Positions 16,363 to 24,001 of a DNA stretch of 33,775 nucleotides are shown in pieces. The position numbers and the translations under genes were made by a program. The DNA lies in contig RGBY01000002.1 in the NCBI GenBank assembly GCA_009919445.1, forward strand, positions 1 through 33,775, read 5' to 3'. How positions within the stretch are numbered: the stretch's first letter is position 1; every line of letters starts with the position of its first letter. The DNA is from Planctomycetia bacterium. Its GTDB lineage: Bacteria; Planctomycetota; Planctomycetia; Pirellulales; UBA1268. The notes beneath the pieces were generated by a model, which saw only the letters and a list, made by a program, of their open reading frames with translations, was not told the DNA's origin and did no database searches.

Positions 16363-18270
16363 ATGCATGGTTTCATGGTCAGCAGCCTCAAGAGCGAATC
16401 GGTAACAAACGGAGTAGCGATGATGGAGATGGGAACAGAGCCGGCATGTCAGCACCGCGGCGGTCTGCCGCGGCCGATCGCCCTGGTCGCTTTGGCTTTC
16501 GCCTTTCTGCCGGTGCTGGTCGCTTCAACGGTTGCGGCGGAAGACGGCCCCAAGCAGATTGCCAGTCTCAGCCTGTCGGGGCCGCTGCCAGAAGGTGTCG
16601 GCCAAGAGGGGCTTCTCGGAGATGTTGCTCCGCGGCTACAGCGGCTGGTTGAACGCCTGGAGCAGGCTGCTAGCGACGAGCAGGTTGGTGGGGTGCTGTT
16701 GACGATTCGCTCTCCCGATGTTGGCCGGGCACGGGCGGCTGAAGTTCGCGCTGCAATCGGTGTGGTGCGGGCGGCAGGCAAACCTGTGGTCGCCCACCTG
16801 ATCACAGGGGAGCCGGTCGATTACAGTCTGGCAGCTGCGTGTGACACCATTCTGATGCCACCTGCAGCCACGCTAGCGATTACAGGCGTGCGGACTGAGG
16901 TCACTTTTTTCAAGGGCCTCCTCGACCGACTTGGGGTGCAGGCTGAAATTCTTCAGGTTGGACAGTTCAAGGGCGCAGGAGAGCCGCTCACCCGGGAAAC
17001 AATGAGCCCGCAATTACGGCAGCAGTATGAAGCCTTTGTGGGGGATCTGTACGAGCAGATGGTGGCCCAGATTGCAGCCGATCGGAATCTTCCGGCCGAC
17101 CGCGTAGCCGAACTGATTGATCAGGGAGTCTTTACGCCGGAGGCAGCCCGGCAGGTGGGGCTGATTGATGGCATTGCCTATGAAGATGAGGCGTTCAGTG
17201 TGTTGTCGGAACGCCTGGGGAAGGGGACCGCCCCGGTTGTGCGTGACTACGGCAAGCAGGAGGTCGACACCGATTTTTCGGGACTTACGGGCCTCATGAA
17301 GCTGGTTGAGGTCCTCGCCGGCTCACCAGGACGTGGCTCGCGGGGGCAAAGCCAGCGGGTTGCTATCGTCCACGTCCTTGGTGAGATCGTTGAGGGCAAA
17401 GGCAGTGTCGGCATGCTTGGTGGAGAAGCTGCCGGAGCTGAGACGATCATCAAGGCGATTCGTCAAGCCAGCGAGGATGAAACGGTGGCGGCGCTGGTGA
17501 TCCGGATTGATTCACCGGGCGGCTCGGCATTGGCCAGTGACCTGATCTGGCGTGAACTTGAACGGTGCGAGAAACCGGTTGTGGCCAGCCTCTCAGACAC
17601 GGCTGCCAGTGGCGGCTACTACATTGCAGTGGCGGCCGACAAAATTATTGCCGCTGCCGGTACACTCACAGGGTCAATTGGCGTGGTGGGTGGCAAGATT
17701 GCCGTCGGTGGGGCGCTCGATCGCTTTGGTGTTCATACCGATGTCGTCAGCCGCGGCAAGAATGCCGGCTGGCTGTCGCCCCAGCAGCCCTTTAGCGACC
17801 ATGAACGTGAGGCCTTCCTGAATACCATGAAGGATGTCTATCGGCTGTTCACGAGCAAGGTGGCCCAGGGGCGTCAGCTTGATCGTGAGCACCTTGAAAC
17901 ACTTGCAGAGGGGCGGGTGTTTACTGGTCGCATGGCCCAGAAGGAAGGGCTCGTCGACGGGCTGGGGACACTGGACGATGCGGTCGAGGAGGCCGCCAAA
18001 ATGGCCAACGTGTCAGTGTCGGGTGACGTGAAACGGCTGCTCTTGCCCGAACCCCGTGGACTGTTTGACGAGTTTCTCGGAGTCGGGCTCAGTGGTCCCG
18101 AGGCTCCTGTCGCTGCCTTCATGAGCAAGCGATTGCTGAGTGTTTTTGGTCGAGAACTGAGCACGAGTCAGCAGGCTGTTGAGCAGCTTCGCACACACGC
18201 ACAGCGGCTGGAATTGATTGGCTCTGGCAGCCCGCTGTTGCTCTTGCCGGTGGAGGTGCGGGTCCGCTGA
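16363..18270 (+). CDS. sppA: Signal peptide peptidase SppA, 67K type (two S49 domains)
   Basis: 635 aa with a signal-anchor (LVALAFAFLPVLVASTVAA) and two ClpP/crotonase-like S49 halves. The second contains the typical SPGGSA...AASGGYYIA serine region. A more likely start is ATG 16420 (MMEMG), behind ACGGAG. Confidence 0.85.
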   Translation: MHGFMVSSLKSESVTNGVAMMEMGTEPACQHRGGLPRPIALVALAFAFLPVLVASTVAAEDGPKQIASLSLSGPLPEGVGQEGLLGDVAPRLQRLVERLEQAASDEQVGGVLLTIRSPDVGRARAAEVRAAIGVVRAAGKPVVAHLITGEPVDYSLAAACDTILMPPAATLAITGVRTEVTFFKGLLDRLGVQAEILQVGQFKGAGEPLTRETMSPQLRQQYEAFVGDLYEQMVAQIAADRNLPADRVAELIDQGVFTPEAARQVGLIDGIAYEDEAFSVLSERLGKGTAPVVRDYGKQEVDTDFSGLTGLMKLVEVLAGSPGRGSRGQSQRVAIVHVLGEIVEGKGSVGMLGGEAAGAETIIKAIRQASEDETVAALVIRIDSPGGSALASDLIWRELERCEKPVVASLSDTAASGGYYIAVAADKIIAAAGTLTGSIGVVGGKIAVGGALDRFGVHTDVVSRGKNAGWLSPQQPFSDHEREAFLNTMKDVYRLFTSKVAQGRQLDREHLETLAEGRVFTGRMAQKEGLVDGLGTLDDAVEEAAKMANVSVSGDVKRLLLPEPRGLFDEFLGVGLSGPEAPVAAFMSKRLLSVFGRELSTSQQAVEQLRTHAQRLELIGSGSPLLLLPVEVRVR

Positions 18271-18479
18271 GGGGGACGGTTTGAAGGTGTTTCGGAAAAC
18301 ACCACATCTGCCCACGGTGTGTCTGCCTCAGCCGTTCCCTTTTGTCTGCTGCTTTGGCGGCCCGGGCGAGCAGGGATCAAAAACAAACGATTCCGGCAGC
18401 CAGTGGCCAAGATTGCTTTGGCAGAGGCCAAAACAGATCTGTTGCAAGCAAGTTGGCATGCCGCCACTTGCTGGTTTGG

Positions 18480-18950
18480 CTACCAGGCGAAGTGAGCGAA
18501 TGCCTTATTCGCATCGGCCATACGGTGGACGTTTTCCCGCTTGGTAATGGCGGCCCCTTCCCGCTGGTAGGCGGCAATGATTTCTTCCGCCAATTTTTGA
18601 TACGTCGGCCGACCCTTCTTGTCGCGAACGGCCATCAGCATCCAGCGGATCGCCAGCGACTGCTGACGATTGCGGTTAACCTGCATTGGCACCTGGTAGG
18701 CCGCACCACCAACTCGCTTCGAGCGAACTTCCACGGCAGGCTTCACGTTTTCAACAGCCCGGGTGAACACCTCGATGGGCTCGGCGTCGTTCACCTTCTG
18801 GCCGACAACGTCGAGTGCTTTGTAGAAGATCTGCTGAGCAACGCTCTTCTTGCCGTCGAGCATCAGGCAATTGATGAACTTGCTGGCGAGCAGCGATCCA
18901 TACTTCGGATCGGGGCGGAGTTGCGTGCGGCTGGCAGTGATGCTTCCCAT
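18480..18950 (-). CDS. rpsG: 30S ribosomal protein S7
   Basis: The sequence DPKYGS...[20 protein letters not shown]...[16 protein letters not shown]...[27 protein letters not shown] is unmistakably S7. The ATG at 18950 is preceded by GAAGGAA. Confidence 0.95.
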   Translation of the reverse strand: MGSITASRTQLRPDPKYGSLLASKFINCLMLDGKKSVAQQIFYKALDVVGQKVNDAEPIEVFTRAVENVKPAVEVRSKRVGGAAYQVPMQVNRNRQQSLAIRWMLMAVRDKKGRPTYQKLAEEIIAAYQREGAAITKRENVHRMADANKAFAHFAW

Positions 18951-19043
18951 GAACGGTGGTTCCTTCAAAAAACCTTAAATAAACCTTGCGTAGATCTTGT
19001 GTAAGAGGCTGAGGCCGTCGCGGCCGTTACCGGAGAGTGGTGA

Positions 19044-19412
19044 CTAACCCTTCTTCGCGCCGTAGAGGCTGCGGGACTGCTTTCTGTCCTGTACGCCCAG
19101 CGTATCGAGGGCACCACGGATGACGTGATACCGCACACCCGGCAGGTCACGAACACGACCGCCACGGATGAGCACGATCGAATGTTCCTGCAGGTTGTGG
19201 CCTTCGCCAGGAATGTAGACCGTGACTTCCTTTTGGTTGGAAAGCCGAACTCGGGCAATTTTTCGCAGTGCCGAATTTGGCTTCTTCGGGGTCATCGTGC
19301 GGACCTGCAGGCACACGCCGCGTTTCTGCGGGCAGCGGTCGAGCACAGGTGACTTCGAAAACTTTCGCTTCGGACGACGACGACTGCGGACAAGTTGGCT
19401 GATCGTTGGCAT
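19044..19412 (-). CDS. rpsL: 30S ribosomal protein S12
   Basis: MPTISQLVR...[32 protein letters not shown]...[38 protein letters not shown]. The track ORF 19044..19724 extends this gene artificially upstream. Confidence 0.95.
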   Translation of the reverse strand: MPTISQLVRSRRRPKRKFSKSPVLDRCPQKRGVCLQVRTMTPKKPNSALRKIARVRLSNQKEVTVYIPGEGHNLQEHSIVLIRGGRVRDLPGVRYHVIRGALDTLGVQDRKQSRSLYGAKKG

Positions 19413-19654
19413 AAATTCGCTGGGTTCGCAGGTGATACGGGTTCGGATGTGCTCGCAATGAGCGGGCTGCACAGCCATTTCCTCACGAACGCTCGCTGGC
19501 CAGGAGGCCGGCGAACCGCTCGAGAATCCCAAAGCGTATCGCAAAAACGGGGACGACGGAAGCGGCTTCCGAAAATGTCGGGGAAAATCAGCTGTCGGGG
19601 AAGATCGGCCCATCGATCCCGACCACGGCTCATCGATCTCGACGGAGGACAGCC

Positions 19655-20515
19655 TCACGGTTTTCCTGGCAGCAGGACCTCCCCACGACCACCGCAGAGG
19701 CTGTCTCCGTGCCACTGCTGCCACAGGGTGCGTGCTGTCAGATGCTCTCCTGCGGCAAACCCGGCGAGGCTCAGCTGGCGTCCCAGAAGGGGGAGAAAGG
19801 CTGGCCGCCAGAGGCTGCCTCGGTGGAAGGTTGGGGGCAGGCCGGCCGGCGGCAGCTCCGGCTCGTGTGACGGGGTGAGCAGAACCACTGAGCCTCGGCG
19901 CATGCCCAGGCCGGTATGGGGGCCCGCCTGGCCCGCGACGATCACCGTGCCAGCCCGCAATTCAAAGCCGGTGGCCGCACCGCTGTCACCGCCGATGGCG
20001 AGAAGTCCCCGACGCATGCGGCTGCCGGCAAGATCACCAGCTGATCCGTGAATGATCACCAGCCCGCCAGTCATGCCTTGCGGGCGGCCAGGGAGAACCG
20101 CTGCCGCGTTGTCGCCGGCGTTACCACCAACAATGACCTCGCCACCTGCCATTCCGCAAGCCAGCCAGTCACCGGCTGATCCATCGATCAGGAGACGGCC
20201 TCCACTCATTCCTTCACCGGCATGCCTGCCAACATTGCCAGTTACGCGGATCTCACCATGGTGCATGCCGGCACCAAGGAAATGGACCCGGGAAAAATCG
20301 CCGTCGCAGATGATCCTGCCGTCACTTCCATCGCCCGACAGCGTGAACCAGTCACCCAGCAAGGCTGGCCGGCCATCGCAAATGATTGGCAGCTGAGCCA
20401 ACTCAGAAAGACTCGCCCCATTGCGTAGGGCGGCCGACAACTCAGCCAGTGATGCGCTGCGAAATGCCGAGGCTCCCGTGCGACAGCTGGCACGAATGGC
20501 AAGGTGGAGCGACAT
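19655..20515 (-). CDS. fhcC: Formylmethanofuran dehydrogenase subunit C-like / formyltransferase-hydrolase complex subunit C (GXGXG repeat protein)
   Basis: It has repeated G-x-x-G-x-x-x-G-x-x-M-x-G-G-x-(I/L)-x-(I/V)-x-G motifs ([43 protein letters not shown]...[32 protein letters not shown]). The N-terminal LGDWFTLSG is typical of FwdC/FhcC. The start is uncertain: ATG 20515 is preferred over GTG 20590, which would add a hydrophobic leader. Confidence 0.7.
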   Translation of the reverse strand: MSLHLAIRASCRTGASAFRSASLAELSAALRNGASLSELAQLPIICDGRPALLGDWFTLSGDGSDGRIICDGDFSRVHFLGAGMHHGEIRVTGNVGRHAGEGMSGGRLLIDGSAGDWLACGMAGGEVIVGGNAGDNAAAVLPGRPQGMTGGLVIIHGSAGDLAGSRMRRGLLAIGGDSGAATGFELRAGTVIVAGQAGPHTGLGMRRGSVVLLTPSHEPELPPAGLPPTFHRGSLWRPAFLPLLGRQLSLAGFAAGEHLTARTLWQQWHGDSLCGGRGEVLLPGKP

Positions 20516-20633
20516 CAAGGGCCAGCCGGAGGAAAGGGAGAGAAGCAGGAACGCGACACTCCCTATTATGCACCGAGAGCCACCGGTCACCCAGTCGATG
20601 GCCGAGCGACCATCGACTGGGCTCCGGAATCGC

Positions 20634-21131
20634 TCAGCCTGCCGTGATAACCGGCACCTTTCGCGAGGTGCTCGCCGGCGACTTGGTCAGATTGACCGTC
20701 AGGACGCCCTTGTCGTAATGGGCTGAAACCTGACTGGGATCAACCGTTTCAGGCAGTGGGACGGCCCGGCTGAAGCCACCGAAGTGGCTTTCGCGATGGG
20801 TCCACCCATTGCCCGATGACTCGGCCTCTGTCTTTTTCTCACCCGAGATCACCAGCCGGTCTTCAGAGACACTGACATCAACATCGTCGGGATTGATGCC
20901 AGGCAATTCTGCCCGGATGCGGATGGTCTCGTCTGTCTCGGCCATATCAATGGCTGGCAGCCAACGGCCCGGTTCGATTGTGTCGAACCAGCCCGGGGCG
21001 ACTGCCGGCCGGCTGAAAAAACCCTCGAACAACCGATTCATCTCGTTACGAAAGTCGGTGAGCGAGGACGAGGAAAAGGAAGGCGGCTCCATGCCGAGTG
21101 AACGCTTCGTGCGGAAGGGGATCAAACTCAT
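20634..21131 (-). CDS. Small heat-shock protein (Hsp20/alpha-crystallin), copy 1
   Basis: The alpha-crystallin core is PAIDMAETDETIRIRAELPGINPDDVDVSVSEDRLVISGEKK...FGGFSRAVPLPETVDPSQVSAHYDKGVLTVNLTK. GAGGAG lies 7 nt upstream of the ATG. Confidence 0.9.
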   Translation of the reverse strand: MSLIPFRTKRSLGMEPPSFSSSSLTDFRNEMNRLFEGFFSRPAVAPGWFDTIEPGRWLPAIDMAETDETIRIRAELPGINPDDVDVSVSEDRLVISGEKKTEAESSGNGWTHRESHFGGFSRAVPLPETVDPSQVSAHYDKGVLTVNLTKSPASTSRKVPVITAG

Positions 21132-21201
21132 CTGTCTGCTCCTCTGGGCTTGCGAAGGGAAACGGAAACGTCACTTGGAAAATTGGAGGGCTTCTGGTTG
21201 A

Positions 21202-21594
21202 TCAGCTGGCCTTCACGGGAATCGTGCGGGGTTGCACTGCCGCCAGACGTGGGATTCGCACAGTGAGGACCCCATGCTGATAGCCAGCCTCGATCTGGCC
21301 GCCATCAAAGCCATCACCGAGTTGGAATGAACGTCGGTAGCCACCGATGCCATATTCTCGGCGCACGGTTGTTCCTGCAGCTGGCCTGGGGAGGACAGCC
21401 GCGTCAATCGAGAGGACACCATCTTCGAAACGAACATCAATCGCCTCTGCAGATGAGCCAGGGATGTCGGCAATCAGCACAAGGCTGTCGCCGCAGTCAG
21501 CGATATCAACATTTGGCCGGTAGGTAAGCCCTGCCTCTGGGCTGACGGGTGGCGAACCCGCAGCTGGTGCGGTGGTCTGGGGGGAAGCAATCAT
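21202..21594 (-). CDS. Small heat-shock protein (Hsp20/alpha-crystallin), copy 2
   Basis: The ATG at 21594 is preceded by GAAGGAG. The core is PNVDIADCGDSLVLIADIPGSSAEAIDVRFEDGVLSIDA...YRRSFQLGDGFDGGQIEAGYQHGVLTVRIPR. Confidence 0.85.
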   Translation of the reverse strand: MIASPQTTAPAAGSPPVSPEAGLTYRPNVDIADCGDSLVLIADIPGSSAEAIDVRFEDGVLSIDAAVLPRPAAGTTVRREYGIGGYRRSFQLGDGFDGGQIEAGYQHGVLTVRIPRLAAVQPRTIPVKAS

Positions 21595-21715
21595 GAGAGG
21601 TACTCCTTCGGTACGAACGTGGTGTAAAAGCTGGTTTGGGAAAATCGAGGTGAAGTGCTCAAAGTGCCGCCAGAGCACTGGCTGCCGACGAAGCCGCCTG
21701 CAGCCGCAAGCGCCC

Positions 21716-22195
21716 TTAGCCGGTTGTCACCATGACCTTGCGCGGCCGGCAGGAGGCTGCCTTGGGGCAGCTGATGGTAAGCACGCCTGCAGTCAGCCGT
21801 GCCTCGACGCCTTCAGCGTCAATCAGTGCAGGCAGGCTTAGGCGACGCGAGAACTCACCGGCCCCCCGTTCGCGTCGATGCCAGGTCAGCTTTGAGGCGT
21901 CATCGGCACTCGCTGAGGCGGGCAGCACGGCTGGTTCTTGGCGGCGGCCCTTCAGCGTGAGTTCATCACCAACAGCAGTGATCTCCAGCGTCTCCGACTC
22001 AATGCCGGGAAGTTCAGCCTCGACAAACACTGCCTCTTCGGTCTCGAACAGATTGATCGCCGGAAAGGTCTCTTTGGTTGCCTGTTGTGTCCAGCCGTGA
22101 AGCGGCGGGGCAGTCGTGAGCGAATTCCAGAGCCGATCCATTTCATCGCGCAAGTCTTCCAGCGGGTGCGCGTACCCAACACGAAGCAACTGCAT
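21716..22195 (-). CDS. Small heat-shock protein (Hsp20/alpha-crystallin), copy 3, first in the transcription direction
   Basis: The ATG at 22195 (MQLLRVGYAHPLEDLRDEMDRLW) is preceded by GGGAGA at 7 nt. The core is PAINLFETEEAVFVEAELPGIESETLEITAVGDELTLKGRR...FSRRLSLPALIDAEGVEARLTAGVLTISCPK. Confidence 0.85.
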   Translation of the reverse strand: MQLLRVGYAHPLEDLRDEMDRLWNSLTTAPPLHGWTQQATKETFPAINLFETEEAVFVEAELPGIESETLEITAVGDELTLKGRRQEPAVLPASASADDASKLTWHRRERGAGEFSRRLSLPALIDAEGVEARLTAGVLTISCPKAASCRPRKVMVTTG

Positions 22196-22341
22196 GGCAA
22201 AGTCTCCCAGGAACGTGACACATGGGCCGGAACCGATGGCTGCCGTCCCTGGAGCAAGCAACGCAATCATTCGCAGGTGCGCTGGCTTCAGGCAACCGGT
22301 GGCCGGTCAGGCCCATTCCCAAAAACATGAAAAGGGAAGGA

Positions 22342-22357
22342 AGCAAAGGTCGTGCCA
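22342..22357 (-). promoter_or_regulatory. Sigma54 (-24/-12) promoter directed at the hsp20 array
   Basis: The minus strand reads cttTGGCACGacctTTGCTtcc. This exactly matches the core consensus TGGCACG-N4-TTGCW and lies about 150 nt upstream of the hsp20 copy 3 start codon. Confidence 0.6.
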
Positions 22358-22704
22358 AAGTGATGCAACGCTACTCGATGCGGTCATGTGGCGTCACCAG
22401 CCAGGCGTTTGCCGTGCCGGTTGCTCCCGGGAATCCGGTGTTTTGGGCCAAGCGGTTGTCAGCCTGCCCGTCGCCTGCGGCGTGGCGGTGCTGAAAGACC
22501 TTGCCGATGGTGTCAGTCTTGGCGGCTGTCAGGCTGGCAGGAGGCCAAAAAGACAGGCCAAAACGGCTGCCATCAGGTTGTGGGGAGGGGACGAGCCCCT
22601 ATACTCGCCAGTCACCGGACACTTCCAGCAAAGCCGCTTGCTGGGCAGTCACCGGTCGGATTTCTCTCGGATTTCTTCGTGACCGTTGCAACTACGGGGT
22701 AACC

Positions 22705-23202
22705 ATGCGATTTACGCTGCTCGATCGGGTAACTGACGTTGATCCTGGAAAGAGCATCACCGCCGTCAAGGCAGTGTCTCTGTCTGAGGAGTACCTGGGC
22801 GATCACTTTCCCCGTTTCCCTGTCCTGCCGGGTGTCTTCATGCTCGAGGCGATGACGCAGGCAGCTGCTTGGACAATTCGCTTGGGTGAAGACTTTGCCC
22901 ACAGCATCGTGGTCCTGCGGACTGCCCGTAACGTCAAGTATGGCGACTTCGTTGAGCCGGGCCGAGTGCTCACGGTTCGTGCTGAGGTGCTCTCGCAGGA
23001 TGCCACCCGGACCAAAGTAAAGGCCAGTGGGATGGTGGGAGAGCGAACCAGCCTCACAGCGCGTCTGGAACTTGAGCGGTACAACCTGGCTGATCGCCGG
23101 CCGCATGGCGATGCCATTGACGCACGGGTACGTGCTGAGATGCGGCGACTCTGGTCGGTTCTTCATCCTCCGCAGCGTTCGAGCCAGCCGACCGTCGTCT
23201 GA
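22705..23202 (+). CDS. FabZ-like 3-hydroxyacyl-ACP dehydratase (hotdog fold), copy 1
   Basis: The start is the internal ATG at 22705 (MRFTLLDRV). The motif LGDHFPRFPVLPGVFMLEAMTQAA has the FabZ catalytic His and Glu positions. 165 aa. Confidence 0.8.
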   Translation: MRFTLLDRVTDVDPGKSITAVKAVSLSEEYLGDHFPRFPVLPGVFMLEAMTQAAAWTIRLGEDFAHSIVVLRTARNVKYGDFVEPGRVLTVRAEVLSQDATRTKVKASGMVGERTSLTARLELERYNLADRRPHGDAIDARVRAEMRRLWSVLHPPQRSSQPTVV

Positions 23203-23505
23203 GGACCGGACTGGCCACTCGGTTCAGCACAGCCTGCGGTCTCAGGTGGTGTTTCTTTCGGGCTTCGGGTGTGAGCGGGGATCGGCAGACGTTGAGCATC
23301 GGCCCGAAGCCGAATCTCCAATACGCGTTCCTTCCGCGGGCAGGAGGCCGGTTTTTCCGCTTCTCCGGCCCCGGCGGGGACCGGATTCTGACGGTTATGC
23401 GGTCCTCGCGGGAGGGAATTCACCCGTTCGGCTTTCCAAGGAGAATTGCCGACATTACAACCTACGTCTGTCCCGCAAATTTCCACTCCCCCCTGTGAAG
23501 GTGTG

Positions 23506-23898
23506 ATGTCGATGCCGTCTCGAGATGAAATCTTTGAAAAAGTACAAGCCGCCCTCGTTGATGCCCTCGGTGTGGACGATGACGAAGTAACACCCGAGGC
23601 CACCATGGTGGGTGATCTTGGAGCGGAGTCGATCGACTTCCTCGATATTGTTTTCCGTCTGGAGAAGGCCTTCGGAATCAAGATTCCGCGGGGCGAACTT
23701 TTTCCTGAAGATGTGCTTTCAAGCACCGACTATGTCGTCAATGGAAAACTGAACGAGGCTGGTCTGGCGGCGTTGAAAGAGAGGATGCCTTTTGTTGACC
23801 TCACGAAGTTTGAGGAAAACCCGAGCGTGCAGAATTTCCCCAACACGCTCACGGTTGAAGACATGGTTCGGTACGTACAGAGCAAACTTGCGGGCTGA
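23506..23898 (+). CDS. Acyl carrier protein-like protein, unusually long at 130 aa
   Basis: The phosphopantetheine-attachment context is MVGDLGAESIDFLDIVFRLEKAFGI. The ATG at 23506 or 23512 follows GAAGG. About 45 extra residues sit before the final helix (TVEDMVRYVQSKL). Confidence 0.75.
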   Translation: MSMPSRDEIFEKVQAALVDALGVDDDEVTPEATMVGDLGAESIDFLDIVFRLEKAFGIKIPRGELFPEDVLSSTDYVVNGKLNEAGLAALKERMPFVDLTKFEENPSVQNFPNTLTVEDMVRYVQSKLAG

Positions 23899-24001
23899 AC
23901 CATTTCAACTTCATCACCGTGGGAGTGTGCCCAGGTGAAACGGTGCTGCCCAGGCGTGATCGCTGGGTAGTTGATGTGGCGAAGGGAGTACGTCAGACGC
24001 T

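Noticed and set aside
18286-18303. Hairpin GGTGTTT-cgga-AAACACC after the sppA stop, as an intrinsic terminator
   Set aside because: The stem is only 7 bp and AU-rich, and no U-tract follows. That is too weak to call.
18342-19004. 220-aa plus-strand ORF
   Set aside because: It is exactly antisense to rpsG, whose identity is certain.
19395-20051. 218-aa plus-strand ORF, and the 5' extension of track ORF 19044..19724
   Set aside because: The first is antisense to the fhcC-like gene and Arg/Pro-rich. The second is an artificial upstream extension of rpsL, because S12 clearly begins at MPTISQL (19412).
21654-21679. Possible CIRCE/HrcA operator
   Set aside because: The arms are AGTGCTC/GAGCACT with a 12-nt spacer, not TTAGCACTC-N9-GAGTGCTAA. 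I keep it as an unexplained hairpin, not as CIRCE.
22501-22704. N-terminal 68 codons of track ORF 22501..23202
   Set aside because: The hotdog domain begins at MRFTLLDRV (22705). The upstream part (..RLAGGQKDRPKRLPSGCGEG..) is not protein-like and overlaps the intergenic regulatory region.
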